Shown piece after piece: positions 40,121 to 49,513 of a stretch of 64,000 nucleotides of DNA. Each line of letters opens with the position of its first letter. Position 1 is the stretch's first letter. The DNA is from Candidatus Bathyarchaeota archaeon (lineage in GTDB: Archaea > Thermoproteota > Bathyarchaeia > Bathyarchaeales > Bathycorpusculaceae), in assembly GCA_963715865.1 (NCBI GenBank), contig OY970280.1, positions 384,001-448,000 of the forward strand. The letters run 5' to 3'. The position numbers and the translations under genes were made by a program. Under the pieces are notes generated by a model. That model searched no databases. It saw only the letters and a list, made by a program, of their open reading frames with translations, and was not told the DNA's origin.

Positions 40121-41313
40121 AACTAAGCAATTACCCGATTGATGGAAAATACGGGAAATATGGCGGCCGTTTTGTTCCAGAAGTTCTGATGGCGGCGATT
40201 AAGGAGTTGGAAGAAGCCTACGAGCAAGCTCGAAAAGACCCGAATTTCCAGAAAGAGCTTGATTATTACCTTTCAGAGTTTGTGGGAAGACCAACACCGC
40301 TTTATTACGCTGAGAACTTAACGCAGAAACTAGGCGGCGCCAAAATTTACTTGAAGCGTGAAGACTTGACCCATGGAGGAGCACACAAAATAAACAACAC
40401 AATGGGGCAGGCGTTGTTGGCGAAGCGAATGGGCAAGAAACGTGTAATCGCCGAGACAGGAGCAGGCCAACACGGCGTAGCAACAGCAATAGCATGCGCT
40501 GCCTTAGGCTTGAAAGCTGAGGTTTACATGGGTACAGAAGACTGCGAACGGCAACGGCTTAACGTTTTTAGAATGAAGCTTCTAAACGCACAAGTGCATC
40601 CCGTAGAAACTGGCTCAAAAACCTTGAAGGATTCTATTAACGAAGCGTTTAGGGATTGGGTTACAAACCTTGAGAACACATACTACTTAATCGGCTCAGT
40701 AGTGGGCCCTCACTCCTATCCCATGATTGTTAGGGACTTCCAAAGCGTAATCGGCAAAGAACTCAAAGAACAATTCCAGAAAAAAGAAGGCCGACCGCCA
40801 GATGCACTTGTTGCTTGCGTAGGCGGCGGAAGCAACGCCATGGGCACCTTCTACCCATTCGAAGATGATTATGAAGTGAAGCTTTATGGTGTTGAAGCTG
40901 CAGGTCAAGGCTTAGAAACAGGCAAACACGCAGCCTCACTTGGCGCAGGAGCAGAAGGAGTCTTTCACGGCATGCTAACGTACGTTCTCCAAGACAGTAA
41001 CGGGCAAATACAGAACACAAGCAGCGTTTCAGCAGGCTTAGATTATCCTGGTGTTGGACCAGAACATTCCTTCTTAAAAACGTTCAAGAGAGCACAATAC
41101 ACTTCAGCCACAGATAAGGAAGCGGTGGAGGCTTTTCTCACCTTGTCCAGAGAGGAGGGCATTCTTCCTGCATTGGAATCCTCGCATGCAGTAGCTTACG
41201 CAATGAAGTTAGCCAAGCAGATGAAGAAGACGCAGTCAATCGTTGTCACATTGTCCGGACGAGGAGACAAAGACGTGGAAACCGTAGCAGACTACATAGG
41301 GGCAAAAATATGA
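40117..41313 (+). CDS. trpB: Tryptophan synthase beta chain (TrpB1 type)
   Basis: [42 protein letters not shown]. Confidence 0.97.
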   Translation: MKLSNYPIDGKYGKYGGRFVPEVLMAAIKELEEAYEQARKDPNFQKELDYYLSEFVGRPTPLYYAENLTQKLGGAKIYLKREDLTHGGAHKINNTMGQALLAKRMGKKRVIAETGAGQHGVATAIACAALGLKAEVYMGTEDCERQRLNVFRMKLLNAQVHPVETGSKTLKDSINEAFRDWVTNLENTYYLIGSVVGPHSYPMIVRDFQSVIGKELKEQFQKKEGRPPDALVACVGGGSNAMGTFYPFEDDYEVKLYGVEAAGQGLETGKHAASLGAGAEGVFHGMLTYVLQDSNGQIQNTSSVSAGLDYPGVGPEHSFLKTFKRAQYTSATDKEAVEAFLTLSREEGILPALESSHAVAYAMKLAKQMKKTQSIVVTLSGRGDKDVETVADYIGAKI

Positions 41314-42125
41314 ACGCTATAAACGAAGCATTCCAAAAAGCAAAGGCGCAGGGAAACGGCGCGCTCGTCGGCTACATTATGGCTGGAGACCCAAAGCCAG
41401 AACTGACACCGAAAATTGCTGATGCCCTAATCAAGGGCGGCGTAGACATTTTGGAGCTTGGGCTTCCCTTCTCTGACCCAATTGCTGATGGACCAACAAT
41501 TCAGGCTGCAAGCGTACGCGCGCTGGCTGCTGGAACAACGCCTGTTAAGGTGCTAGAAATTGCTAAGGAAATACGACAAAGCCATGATGTGCCAGTTGTA
41601 ATAATGACCTACTATAATCCTGTTTTCAGGATGGGGCTCGAGAGGTTTTTCGGTTTAGCTGAGAAATGCATGGTTGACGGAGTTATAGTTCCTGATTTAC
41701 CAGTTGAGGAAGCAGGTGACTACAAGAAAGCCGCAAGCAAATTTGGTGTAGACACAATTTTCCTAGCAGCACCTTCCACTTCCAATGAGCGGCTTGCAAG
41801 GATAGTTTGGTGCTCTTCAGGCTTTCTGTATCTTGTTTCGCATTTCGGGGTGACAGGAGCAAAAGCAACGATAGAAGATTCAACCATTCACTTAGTCAAG
41901 CGTGTTTTACCCTTCACATCCGGAAGAATTCCATTGGCGGTTGGGTTTGGCGTTTCGAAGCCTGAGCATGTTCAGCGCATTGTTGGGGCAGGAGCTGACG
42001 GCGTCATAGTTGGAAGCGCCTTCGTCAATCTAATTCAAAAGCATCGGGAAAAGATTGATGTTCTGCTAAATGAACTGCAAGCGACCGCTTGTAAATTAAA
42101 AGCGGCAACAAAAATCATCCAATAA
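41310..42125 (+). CDS. trpA: Tryptophan synthase alpha chain
   Basis: [36 protein letters not shown]. Confidence 0.96.
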   Translation: MNAINEAFQKAKAQGNGALVGYIMAGDPKPELTPKIADALIKGGVDILELGLPFSDPIADGPTIQAASVRALAAGTTPVKVLEIAKEIRQSHDVPVVIMTYYNPVFRMGLERFFGLAEKCMVDGVIVPDLPVEEAGDYKKAASKFGVDTIFLAAPSTSNERLARIVWCSSGFLYLVSHFGVTGAKATIEDSTIHLVKRVLPFTSGRIPLAVGFGVSKPEHVQRIVGAGADGVIVGSAFVNLIQKHREKIDVLLNELQATACKLKAATKIIQ

Positions 42126-42195
42126 TTTGTGAAAACCAGAAAAATTCGTTTTGTGTCTGGGAAAGTTTTAATGTTCGTTCTAACCTTTAACTTTC

Positions 42196-42513
42196 GGCGG
42201 TGGATCTTAGGCGGTGGGGTAGGGGTCCATTGTACCGTAAACCCTCTATACGACGGGCCGACATCTGCGGATGAGGCGTCAAAGGCCGCTTGGATCTTCA
42301 TTTCCGAAACATTGACTATCCGTCCTTTGGGGCTGGCGGTCAGTGTGCAGCTTCCGTAGGGGAGTTGTTTCACTGTTCACCAGGCGAACCCGGCTAGGCT
42401 CGGGAGAGAGCAACCTAAGTTTGGACGTTATGCGCTCAAGGGGGTGCGGGTAAGAGCGTAGGGCTTGAGGTCTCCAGGCGGAGTCTAGGCGTCAAACCGC
42501 AGTGGTCCACCGC
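42196..42513 (+). ncRNA. ffs: Archaeal SRP (7S) RNA
   Basis: Terminal helix GCGGTGGATC/GGTCCACCGC, Alu-like 5' domain, helix-8 GCTAGGCTCGGGAGAGAGCAACC, upstream TATA-like TTTTAAT, downstream T-run; ~318 nt. Confidence 0.92.
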
Positions 42514-42653
42514 TACTGTTTTTCAGCAATTTATCCCTACAAAAAATTCATATTACTGGATAACCCAATAAGCTCAATCAGGTTACTATAGAATGGCTAG
42601 GAGTGTGTCTTTTGAGCCAATTTGAAAAATGGCAACAAAAAATTTTGGAAAGA

Positions 42654-43196
42654 TTATTCTTTTACAAAATGGTGCTTTTCAATGAATCTAGCGGCATCCA
42701 GAATTTCTTGTGCCTGCTTCACACTTAACCTAAACCTTTTCTTACCCAACTCGTCAACCGCTCTTTCCACCTCACCTAACCCAATGTAATCTTTGCTTAA
42801 GCCTTCCAAAAGCAGCGTCCAAGTACTCCAAACCCTAAGTCCATACATTTTGGAAAGGTTCGAGAGCAGTTTTTCATCAGCCAACAGCTCGGCTTTTTTC
42901 TCCACAGCCAATAGCAAGGTTTCGGCATCCGCTATGGAAATGTTTTCGCCTTCAGCCAACTTCAAAGCAGACTTGGCTAAACGTTCAGGAACAGGCTCAA
43001 TCCTCAGCCAGCCATCTGCCAAAGCATTGCCGACTGCTTTTGCGTCAGCACAGCCGAGCCTGACGCCCTCATCAAAAACCTCAACCTTAACCCTCTCGGT
43101 AACAATTACGGTGCCAAAAAGCTTCTTCAACAACGATAGTTTGCCGATCTGCGCTAGGTGAATTAGCGGTCCCGCATCAGAAACCACGGCAGGCAA
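42654..43196 (-). CDS. PIN-domain toxin-like protein (DUF3368 type)
   Basis: VVSDAGPLIHLAQIG, ADAET, LLADE. Confidence 0.85.
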   Translation of the reverse strand: MPAVVSDAGPLIHLAQIGKLSLLKKLFGTVIVTERVKVEVFDEGVRLGCADAKAVGNALADGWLRIEPVPERLAKSALKLAEGENISIADAETLLLAVEKKAELLADEKLLSNLSKMYGLRVWSTWTLLLEGLSKDYIGLGEVERAVDELGKKRFRLSVKQAQEILDAARFIEKHHFVKE

Positions 43197-43201
43197 TGGG
43201 T

Positions 43202-43510
43202 TTATTCTCCGTACTTCGCCTTCAAGTACTCTTTGACTCCTTCGGAGTCCCAGTTAACCGCTACGCATTCACGCTCAAGCAACTCCAAAAACTCCCTTAG
43301 CGAAATACCCAAAATCTCTGCTCCTCGTCCAGCGCTCAGTTTGCCTTTCTCGTAAAGGCGTACTACGCAGTCGCGTAAGCCGTCCTCGATGAACTCCTTA
43401 AAAAGTGTTGAGCGGTCAACATTTTCAAGGGCTCGAACAGCCTCAACTCTACGCAAGTTACGCTTTGATAAGCGCACGGTGACAACGCTGCTTTTTTCAA
43501 CTTCGACCAT
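43202..43510 (-). CDS. Antitoxin-like protein, UPF0175 family
   Basis: RHH-like N-terminus, LYEKGKLS.GRGAEILG.S..EF; lies directly upstream of the PIN gene. Confidence 0.82.
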   Translation of the reverse strand: MVEVEKSSVVTVRLSKRNLRRVEAVRALENVDRSTLFKEFIEDGLRDCVVRLYEKGKLSAGRGAEILGISLREFLELLERECVAVNWDSEGVKEYLKAKYGE

Positions 43511-43686
43511 GCAATCGCCTTACTTATAAAGAATACAATGTAACACATAAAACTTACGCAAAAAAATAAAACAAGCGAACCCATTTTCAAAAATCTAGAA
43601 GTGTTAGGTTTCATTTGTTAAAACTGGATATTGGCAATTCACAATTAATATAAATAATACAACTGCAAATACAGCAATCGAAAACC

Positions 43687-44625
43687 ATGAGCATGCAACA
43701 GGAGCTTCCGCAATGCCCCGTATGCGGTTCAACAAGCGGATACGAGCTTTCAGGAATGGTTGGAAAATTCGCTAAATGCTTCCAGTGCCAAACCAAATGG
43801 AAATTGTTCATAGAAAACCAAAAAATAACAGGCTTAACGCTTTATGAACTGCCAAAAAACGGAGCCGCACTATACAAAGTCGCAAGCACAAACCTCCCCT
43901 TATTCATCGCACTCGGCAAACCTATTGCATTACCTTTCTGGAAGAACCTTAAACTCGACGGAAAAATAGACTGGGAATTCCTATCGAAGGCAGTAGACCC
44001 AACCATTTTAAAATCCGTCATAATAGACAAATCAGAACTCGTCCTAAATGCTTGGACAGGCAACCGCTACATACAAAACATTAATGTGGCACCAGGTCCT
44101 GCGCGTGCAAGAATGATTTTGCAAATAGGTGCTCTTCTGCTTACAAGTCGCAGGCTTATCTGGCTGGAAAGGCGACAAATCGGCGTGTGGAAACCACAAA
44201 TCACCTACCAAGTCGCCCTCGACATGCCACTGGAAAACATAAAGGGCATCTTAGCAGAAAGCGGAGACTGCGGCACCTGGGCATCCGCAAAAAAAGTTTC
44301 AATCGTCACCAACGACGGCGAAAAAACCTTCAACCTGCAAAGCGCCTTCCAAGAACTGCTCAGGCCAATGATTGAAAGCGCCATAAAAATGCGAATAGAC
44401 GAAAATGAAGCTGAAAAGAAAAGAGAAAAAATACATGTCATGCTGGACTTCTCTTTTTTGAAATCAACCATGGAAAAAGGCGGCCTAGTAATGCAAGTGC
44501 TCAAATGCCCCGAATGCGGAGCCACCGTTGATTTTCCAAAAACCGGAAACGAAACACAATGCGTCCACTGTGGAAAAACAATTTACGCTCAAGACGTTTT
44601 CGAAAAAGTGAAAGGACTAATATAA
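43687..44625 (+). CDS. Hypothetical protein with N- and C-terminal Zn ribbons and a central PH-like region
   Basis: CPVC..CFQC at the N-terminus, GALLLTSRRLIW, CPEC..CVHC at the C-terminus. Confidence 0.6.
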   Translation: MSMQQELPQCPVCGSTSGYELSGMVGKFAKCFQCQTKWKLFIENQKITGLTLYELPKNGAALYKVASTNLPLFIALGKPIALPFWKNLKLDGKIDWEFLSKAVDPTILKSVIIDKSELVLNAWTGNRYIQNINVAPGPARARMILQIGALLLTSRRLIWLERRQIGVWKPQITYQVALDMPLENIKGILAESGDCGTWASAKKVSIVTNDGEKTFNLQSAFQELLRPMIESAIKMRIDENEAEKKREKIHVMLDFSFLKSTMEKGGLVMQVLKCPECGATVDFPKTGNETQCVHCGKTIYAQDVFEKVKGLI

Positions 44626-44671
44626 CAACTTTCATATCAGTTTCTAACGTTCTTCAGCGTTCGCGTAATGC

Positions 44672-45202
44672 TTACTTTGATTCATCAAGGCTTTTTTTGT
44701 AAAGCGCTTTGTCGATTATTCTTACGTCCAGGTTTTGTTTGGCAGCTGTTTTCCTCATTGCCAAGAGCAGTTTTAGATAATTCTGAGTTGTTAACAAGTT
44801 AGGCGGTGGATTGCCAAGCAACGCTTTCCAAACTGCTACGTCTATGATGCCGTATTGTTTGGGGTCAAAAAACGCGAGGATCACGCTGGCTAACACCGGG
44901 CTGACGCCTTCCAGCAGTGTGAGGCAGTTCATTCGGTAGGCGTCTTCGCAAGAAGGAATGCTTAGAGCTTGGCTTGAAAGGCGGTCAACAGTTGCCTCAT
45001 CATTTCGAGTCACTAACGCTAAAATCCGCGCTTTCTTCTCAGGCTCTTCTTTAAACTTCCACTCAACAACCTGCGCTAAATCACCGCAAGTTAACGCCTT
45101 TGCCTTTCTGAATTTGGCGCCCAACTCCCGCTCTTTCTGCGCTTGCCAACCGAAGCTTTTATCGTACTTGCGGCTCCACAACAAGAAATCAGCTTTATCC
45201 AC
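44672..45202 (-). CDS. Hypothetical protein with an HhH-glycosylase-like motif
   Basis: LEGVSPVLASVILAF..P..Y.IIDVAV. Confidence 0.5.
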   Translation of the reverse strand: MDKADFLLWSRKYDKSFGWQAQKERELGAKFRKAKALTCGDLAQVVEWKFKEEPEKKARILALVTRNDEATVDRLSSQALSIPSCEDAYRMNCLTLLEGVSPVLASVILAFFDPKQYGIIDVAVWKALLGNPPPNLLTTQNYLKLLLAMRKTAAKQNLDVRIIDKALYKKSLDESK

Positions 45203-45294
45203 GCAAATTCACCTACAGCGAATAATTGAGAAATCGCTTACATTTCTGCCTTTGCCCAAAAATAATCAAAAATAAATTAAGAAAAGGTTGATGG

Positions 45295-45420
45295 TTAATT
45301 TTGGTCTACTAGATGCGCTGTTCCGTCTGGACAATACACTTTCTCATCTTTGCCAACTCGACTGTAACGTTCACTGCACATGTGCAGGAGCGTGCAACCG
45401 TCGCAATCTCTACTCAGCAT
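45295..45420 (-). CDS. 41-aa Cys/His-rich microprotein (MLSRDCDGCTLLHMCSERYSRVGKDEKVYCPDGTAHLVDQN)
   Basis: GGAGG SD, upstream TTTTATAA, downstream T-tract; below the ORF-track length cutoff. Confidence 0.7.
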   Translation of the reverse strand: MLSRDCDGCTLLHMCSERYSRVGKDEKVYCPDGTAHLVDQN

Positions 45421-45481
45421 TTCTTCGCCTCCTTTAGGGGCTTTCACGATGCTCAAAATTCGCTTATAAAACTATGTAACA

Positions 45482-45499
45482 TGCATGTATATACATGCA
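45482..45499. promoter_or_regulatory. Perfect 18-bp palindrome TGCATGTATATACATGCA
   Basis: Lies between divergent genes, about 10 nt upstream of the minus-strand TATA. Confidence 0.5.
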
Positions 45500-45577
45500 A
45501 TCGCCAATCCAGCATGCATTCGCAAAAGTTGTAGAACACTTAAATTATGCATTCTAACTATTTGTAATGATGCACGC

Positions 45578-45910
45578 TTGAGCAGCAACCCACAAAGCCA
45601 AGAAACCAAAAAATTCTATTTCCAAGAAATCGACAAAATAATCTGTTTTCCAAACCAAGGAAACCAAGGAAAATACTGCAACTACCACATACAACTCAAA
45701 GGCAAGAAAACTGCAAACCAGCTTGGGGAATCAGCAGTCCTCGGCGAATTCTTGGATAGTCGAGAAATCGAAAACAACTACCCTTACACGGTAGGCTACT
45801 ACAAGGAATACAGAGGAGAAGGCGCAAGCTTTAAGCCTGAATACTTGGAGTTACGGAAAATCTGCACGATTGAAGAATTCTGGCTGTTTCTTAATGCCTC
45901 AAATGTTTAG
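45578..45910 (+). CDS. Hypothetical protein
   Basis: Protein-like composition from TTG 45578; the ORF track extends to 45485 across the palindrome. Confidence 0.55.
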   Translation: MSSNPQSQETKKFYFQEIDKIICFPNQGNQGKYCNYHIQLKGKKTANQLGESAVLGEFLDSREIENNYPYTVGYYKEYRGEGASFKPEYLELRKICTIEEFWLFLNASNV

Positions 45911-46138
45911 TCGTGCGTCGACTACATAAAAACTAACCCGCAACTGCACATGGATTTTAAACGGATAATTGCCGAAGGCAACCTTGTAGCAGTCCACAGC
46001 CACCTAAAACCCAACCCTCAAGACAGTGGAGCAGCAGTTGTCGATATTTTCCGAGTAGAAGATGGCAAGCTGGCGGAGCACTGGGACGTAATCCAGCCCG
46101 TTCCAACACAAGCCGCAAACAAAAATGGCATGTTCTAA
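45911..46138 (+). pseudogene. C-terminal half of a SnoaL/NTF2-like protein
   Basis: KRIIAEGNLVAVH...VVDIFRVEDGKLAEHWDVIQ; the frame is cut by the upstream gene's stop at 45908-45910. Confidence 0.7.
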
Positions 46139-46659
46139 ACGTGACTTTCCACGCGGACGATTGGTTTACCCATAATGTCTCGGATTGTATCCGCCACTTT
46201 GAATGGCGAGCGGACAAGCAGAAGTTTGGTTTCTCGTTCACCCTGAGAGTTAACCGTTAAATCCCCATAACCAAAAATCCTGCCGCCAATGGACTGGTAA
46301 ACCATTAAATCCCCAAAACCCGAAGGGGTAACAACAAACGAATGCAACCTAATAATGCCATGGCGAATTTCTAAGCCATCCTGCCGTAGCACGTAAGTGT
46401 TGGATGCCCGAAAAACCAGCAGCTCCAACATGCTAAGCAACCATATCACGCCAAAAGCCAGAAGAGTCCAAGTGGCAACTGCTAAACCAGCCATATATGA
46501 AAAGGCAACACCGAAGTATATTTCAAGCCAGAGAAAGAGAACTGAAACAACAAAAACAGTGACCGTTCGAACGATAGCTGCTGGGGTAACCCAAGGCTTT
46601 CCCGACCAAACCACAGCGCCATGCTGAACATGCTTATCAGAAGACAAACTAAAACACAA
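46135..46659 (-). CDS. Membrane protein with a bacterial PH (bPH_2-like) domain
   Basis: Two TMs, then YVLR...GII...QSIGGRIFGYGDL. Confidence 0.7.
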   Translation of the reverse strand: MCFSLSSDKHVQHGAVVWSGKPWVTPAAIVRTVTVFVVSVLFLWLEIYFGVAFSYMAGLAVATWTLLAFGVIWLLSMLELLVFRASNTYVLRQDGLEIRHGIIRLHSFVVTPSGFGDLMVYQSIGGRIFGYGDLTVNSQGERETKLLLVRSPFKVADTIRDIMGKPIVRVESHV

Positions 46660-46708
46660 CCACTAGGCAATAAGCAAAGAGCGTATTTAAGCATTAAAGT
46701 CAAATGAA

Positions 46709-47254
46709 CTATGCAATTAACGCTTCAAATATTTCAAGTGTTTCGTCTTTCTGCGCCTGTTTTTTGATCGCATTGATATTCAATTTGGTGAAAGCTAAAA
46801 TTGCCTTAACATCTTCCTTATCTTTAATTGCGCGTTCAGGCGGCAGGGTTACCTTAATCATCCTGAGTTTCGCTACAATCAAGCCTTCAGGTGATTGAAA
46901 AAAGGTTTTTAGGCTATCGATTTTTCCTGATTTTTTATCCAGTTTGCCATCTGAAAGTATGATGTCAACAGTGTATGGTGTAGTTTTGTCTTTGAATGTC
47001 GCTATTTTATAACCTGATGTTAATGCAGTCTCAATTTTTCGTTCATCAACTTCTAAATCTGCCTGTCTTAATGAAGACGCAATTTTTCTTTTCAAGTCAG
47101 TTTGGTTAGTGACTGCAATTATCATGTCTACATCAGTGGTGGTTCGGGGAACGCCGTAAAAACTCGCTGCCAACGCACCAGTGAAGGCATAATCTAAGCC
47201 TACTTTGTCAAAGGCATCAGCAAGCTTCTTAACAAAATTGTAAAATGCTTCCAA
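46709..47254 (-). CDS. Nucleotidyltransferase (DUF6036-like), putative toxin
   Basis: YAFTGALAASFYGVPRTTTDVDM, SPEGLIVAKL, KD.ED. Confidence 0.75.
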   Translation of the reverse strand: MEAFYNFVKKLADAFDKVGLDYAFTGALAASFYGVPRTTTDVDMIIAVTNQTDLKRKIASSLRQADLEVDERKIETALTSGYKIATFKDKTTPYTVDIILSDGKLDKKSGKIDSLKTFFQSPEGLIVAKLRMIKVTLPPERAIKDKEDVKAILAFTKLNINAIKKQAQKDETLEIFEALIA

Positions 47255-47260
47255 CGCTAA

Positions 47261-47470
47261 TCACCGGTTACGCTTGGCCCATTCAAGACGCTCACGCAAT
47301 TTCTCAAGAAGATCTTCCTCGCTAATTCCTGGATACTGATTTTTTATGCCATCCGCGCAAATGCGCACGCATCCATCAGTCATGTCCATGCATATTAGCA
47401 CTTTTTCTTCAGGCTTTAAGCGTCCTAAACGTTTCCAGTCCTTATCCATAAACAGTACACACGCATTCAA
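47261..47470 (-). CDS. Small partner protein of the nucleotidyltransferase (putative antitoxin)
   Basis: PEEKV...GIKNQYPGISEEDL...L.ERL; likely start is MDKDW. Confidence 0.6.
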   Translation of the reverse strand: MNACVLFMDKDWKRLGRLKPEEKVLICMDMTDGCVRICADGIKNQYPGISEEDLLEKLRERLEWAKRNR

Positions 47471-47598
47471 GAATATAATTGCGGGGTAGTGCTTAAAATA
47501 ACCTTACATGACTTCAAATTGAGCACACAGCTGGTAACCGAAAAATATCGCTACATACAACGCCATAAAATCGTCCATTCGCCGATTGCATTAATGCG

Positions 47599-48279
47599 CT
47601 ACTTTTTCTCCCCGTTCCTCTGAGGCCTATGAGCAGGCCAACACTTCTGGCAGTACACGGGTCGATCTGCACGAGGTTGAAATGGCACTTTGCATTCGCA
47701 GCCGCAGTCGCTGCAAACAGCGGTGTAAACTGGTTCCTGGTGAAATTGCTTAAACAAATGGTAATTCTTGAGGCGTGGCCACCCAGTCTTGGCGTAGCGT
47801 AGCATTTCAGGGTTGTCTTTTAGCCAGCGCATCATGTGGAAGAAGCTTTTGCCTCTTTTTTCTTCACGTTCAGCTAATGGTTCATAGCCTAAGTTGCGGA
47901 TTTCATCTAGATACGCGATTTCTGTAAGCTTCTGCGCTTCGCCGACGACTCTTATGCGTTTAACGCGGTCTTCACCGTAAACTTTGCGGAGTTCCTCAGC
48001 GGCAACATCAAAGATGCAGCCTTGGCAAATGTGGATTGCCTCGTCTGGCTTAAGGTTAAACCATGCGACAAGTTTAGATACGATGCGTGAGGATTCTTGC
48101 AGGTACTCTTTTTCGCGGAAGATTTCTTGGTAGAACCTTACGTCGATGAGGTCGTATTTGAATTCGCCTGTTTCTTCTCGGTAGGCACCGACTACAACGC
48201 CGTAAAGCAAGTCGCCGCTGCCTGCGTCATCAACAATAACTGTCAAGTAATGATGTTCCCTCTCTTTCTTCTTATGCAA
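47599..48279 (-). CDS. RNase HII-like fold protein with a C-terminal CxxC-x17-CxxC domain
   Basis: VIVDDAGSGDLLYGVVVGA resembles GIDEAGRG; ends CSDC..C.VPFQP..DRPVYC..C. Confidence 0.55.
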   Translation of the reverse strand: MHKKKEREHHYLTVIVDDAGSGDLLYGVVVGAYREETGEFKYDLIDVRFYQEIFREKEYLQESSRIVSKLVAWFNLKPDEAIHICQGCIFDVAAEELRKVYGEDRVKRIRVVGEAQKLTEIAYLDEIRNLGYEPLAEREEKRGKSFFHMMRWLKDNPEMLRYAKTGWPRLKNYHLFKQFHQEPVYTAVCSDCGCECKVPFQPRADRPVYCQKCWPAHRPQRNGEKK

Positions 48280-48347
48280 TGTTTAATTCGTGTATAAAAA
48301 TAGTCCTCCCAAAAAGAAAGAGAACTAAAGGGGCAGTGCCTTAAAGT

Positions 48348-48998
48348 TTATGATGCTGTTGCTAACTGTTGCTTAATACCTTCCGCAGGGCTTTGTAATA
48401 TGCTGAGAACTCCTTTTTTTCCAAGGCGCAGTTGTCTCTCGCCTCTAAAAATGCATACGTGGGCATTCTTTATTTCAATGTTTTTTCCAACAGCGATGGA
48501 GTTTATTTGTCCTTCCCATAGGCAGAGTTTGATTTTTCCAGTTTCGTCTCCAACCAAAGCGTTAACTACCGTGACAGTGTTGCCAAACTGCGTGTGAACC
48601 TGCGCCGGTTTAGGAATCTCCAGAACTTCAGCCTTCACATTAATCCGTTTCATACCAGCCCTCAAATCATGAACAACAATGTAAATTGATTCTGTATTTT
48701 GTTTAGCGATTTTTTTGCATATTTTATCAGTGCTCATCCAGCTTTCAAAAGGATTATCCTTTCTCAACAGAAATTGTTCATCAACTCTGAACTGAGCCAC
48801 AGCATTGTTGTCTTTTTTTATTAGAAAAATTATTTCATCTTTCACTTTGCCACGGTATTCAACTGTAAGGTTGCCGCAGACGGCTTTTTCGTTGTTTCTT
48901 GCTTTAATTAGTGCTTGGAAAACTTCAGAGGGGTAAATGTTGTGTTTTACTGAAAGAAGAGCAATGTGCTCCCCTAAAGTTGATTTTTTCTGTCTCAA
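48348..48998 (-). CDS. OB-fold nucleic-acid-binding protein with an N-terminal extension
   Basis: DLRAGMKRIN..A.V, VGDETGKIKLCLWE, G..QLRLGK.G. Confidence 0.75.
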   Translation of the reverse strand: MRQKKSTLGEHIALLSVKHNIYPSEVFQALIKARNNEKAVCGNLTVEYRGKVKDEIIFLIKKDNNAVAQFRVDEQFLLRKDNPFESWMSTDKICKKIAKQNTESIYIVVHDLRAGMKRINVKAEVLEIPKPAQVHTQFGNTVTVVNALVGDETGKIKLCLWEGQINSIAVGKNIEIKNAHVCIFRGERQLRLGKKGVLSILQSPAEGIKQQLATAS

Positions 48999-49321
48999 AT
49001 TCCTTCTCCCTTGTCATGTCATAGTTAGGAGAAAAAGTAAAGTGCAAAGTTGATTTATACTTTCTCTCAAATATGTCGAATGCCTACATTATATCAAAGG
49101 TACTTATATTAGTCTGACTATAAAAAAAGGCATTTCATGCTGTTTTTAAAGAAATTTAGGACTTAACTTATACTTATGAAAGCCTTTCAAAAATCCCCTC
49201 GGCTTCATTTTTCCCTCCATAGAATTCAATCAAAAGGGGGTTTGGAATAATAATTGGATGTTTAATCTAAAAAATAGAAGCATTCAATTTATAAGCATGG
49301 ACGATACGTTAAAGGGGTAAT

Positions 49322-49343
49322 GTGTAAGAAGCGATTTTTGCAC
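49322..49343 (+). promoter_or_regulatory. GNRA-capped hairpin in the 5' leader of the CxxC-x17-CxxC gene
   Basis: GTGTAAGAA-GCGA-TTTTTGCAC, between a TATA-like TTTATAAG and a TAGGAG SD. Confidence 0.4.
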
Positions 49344-49372
49344 ACCAAATATAGTAGGAGTTGAAATAGCGA

Positions 49373-49513
49373 ATGTATAATAACAAAGAAATGCACAAGG
49401 CAACCTGCGCTGACTGCGGAAAAGAATGTGAAGTTCCTTTCAAGCCAGACGGCACAAGGCCAGTTTATTGCCGCGAGTGCTACTCAAAACGAAGACCACC
49501 ACGAAGATATTAA
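49373..49513 (+). CDS. 46-aa CxxC-x17-CxxC zinc-finger microprotein
   Basis: MYNNKEMHKATCADCGKECEVPFKPDGTRPVYCRECYSKRRPPRRY; T-rich tract downstream; missed by the ORF track. Confidence 0.9.
   Translation: MYNNKEMHKATCADCGKECEVPFKPDGTRPVYCRECYSKRRPPRRY

Noticed and set aside
42035-42373. ORFs overlapping the GC-rich region after trpA
   Set aside because: The region is the SRP RNA. RNase P RNA was also considered, but the helix-8 motif and Alu-like domain identify SRP.
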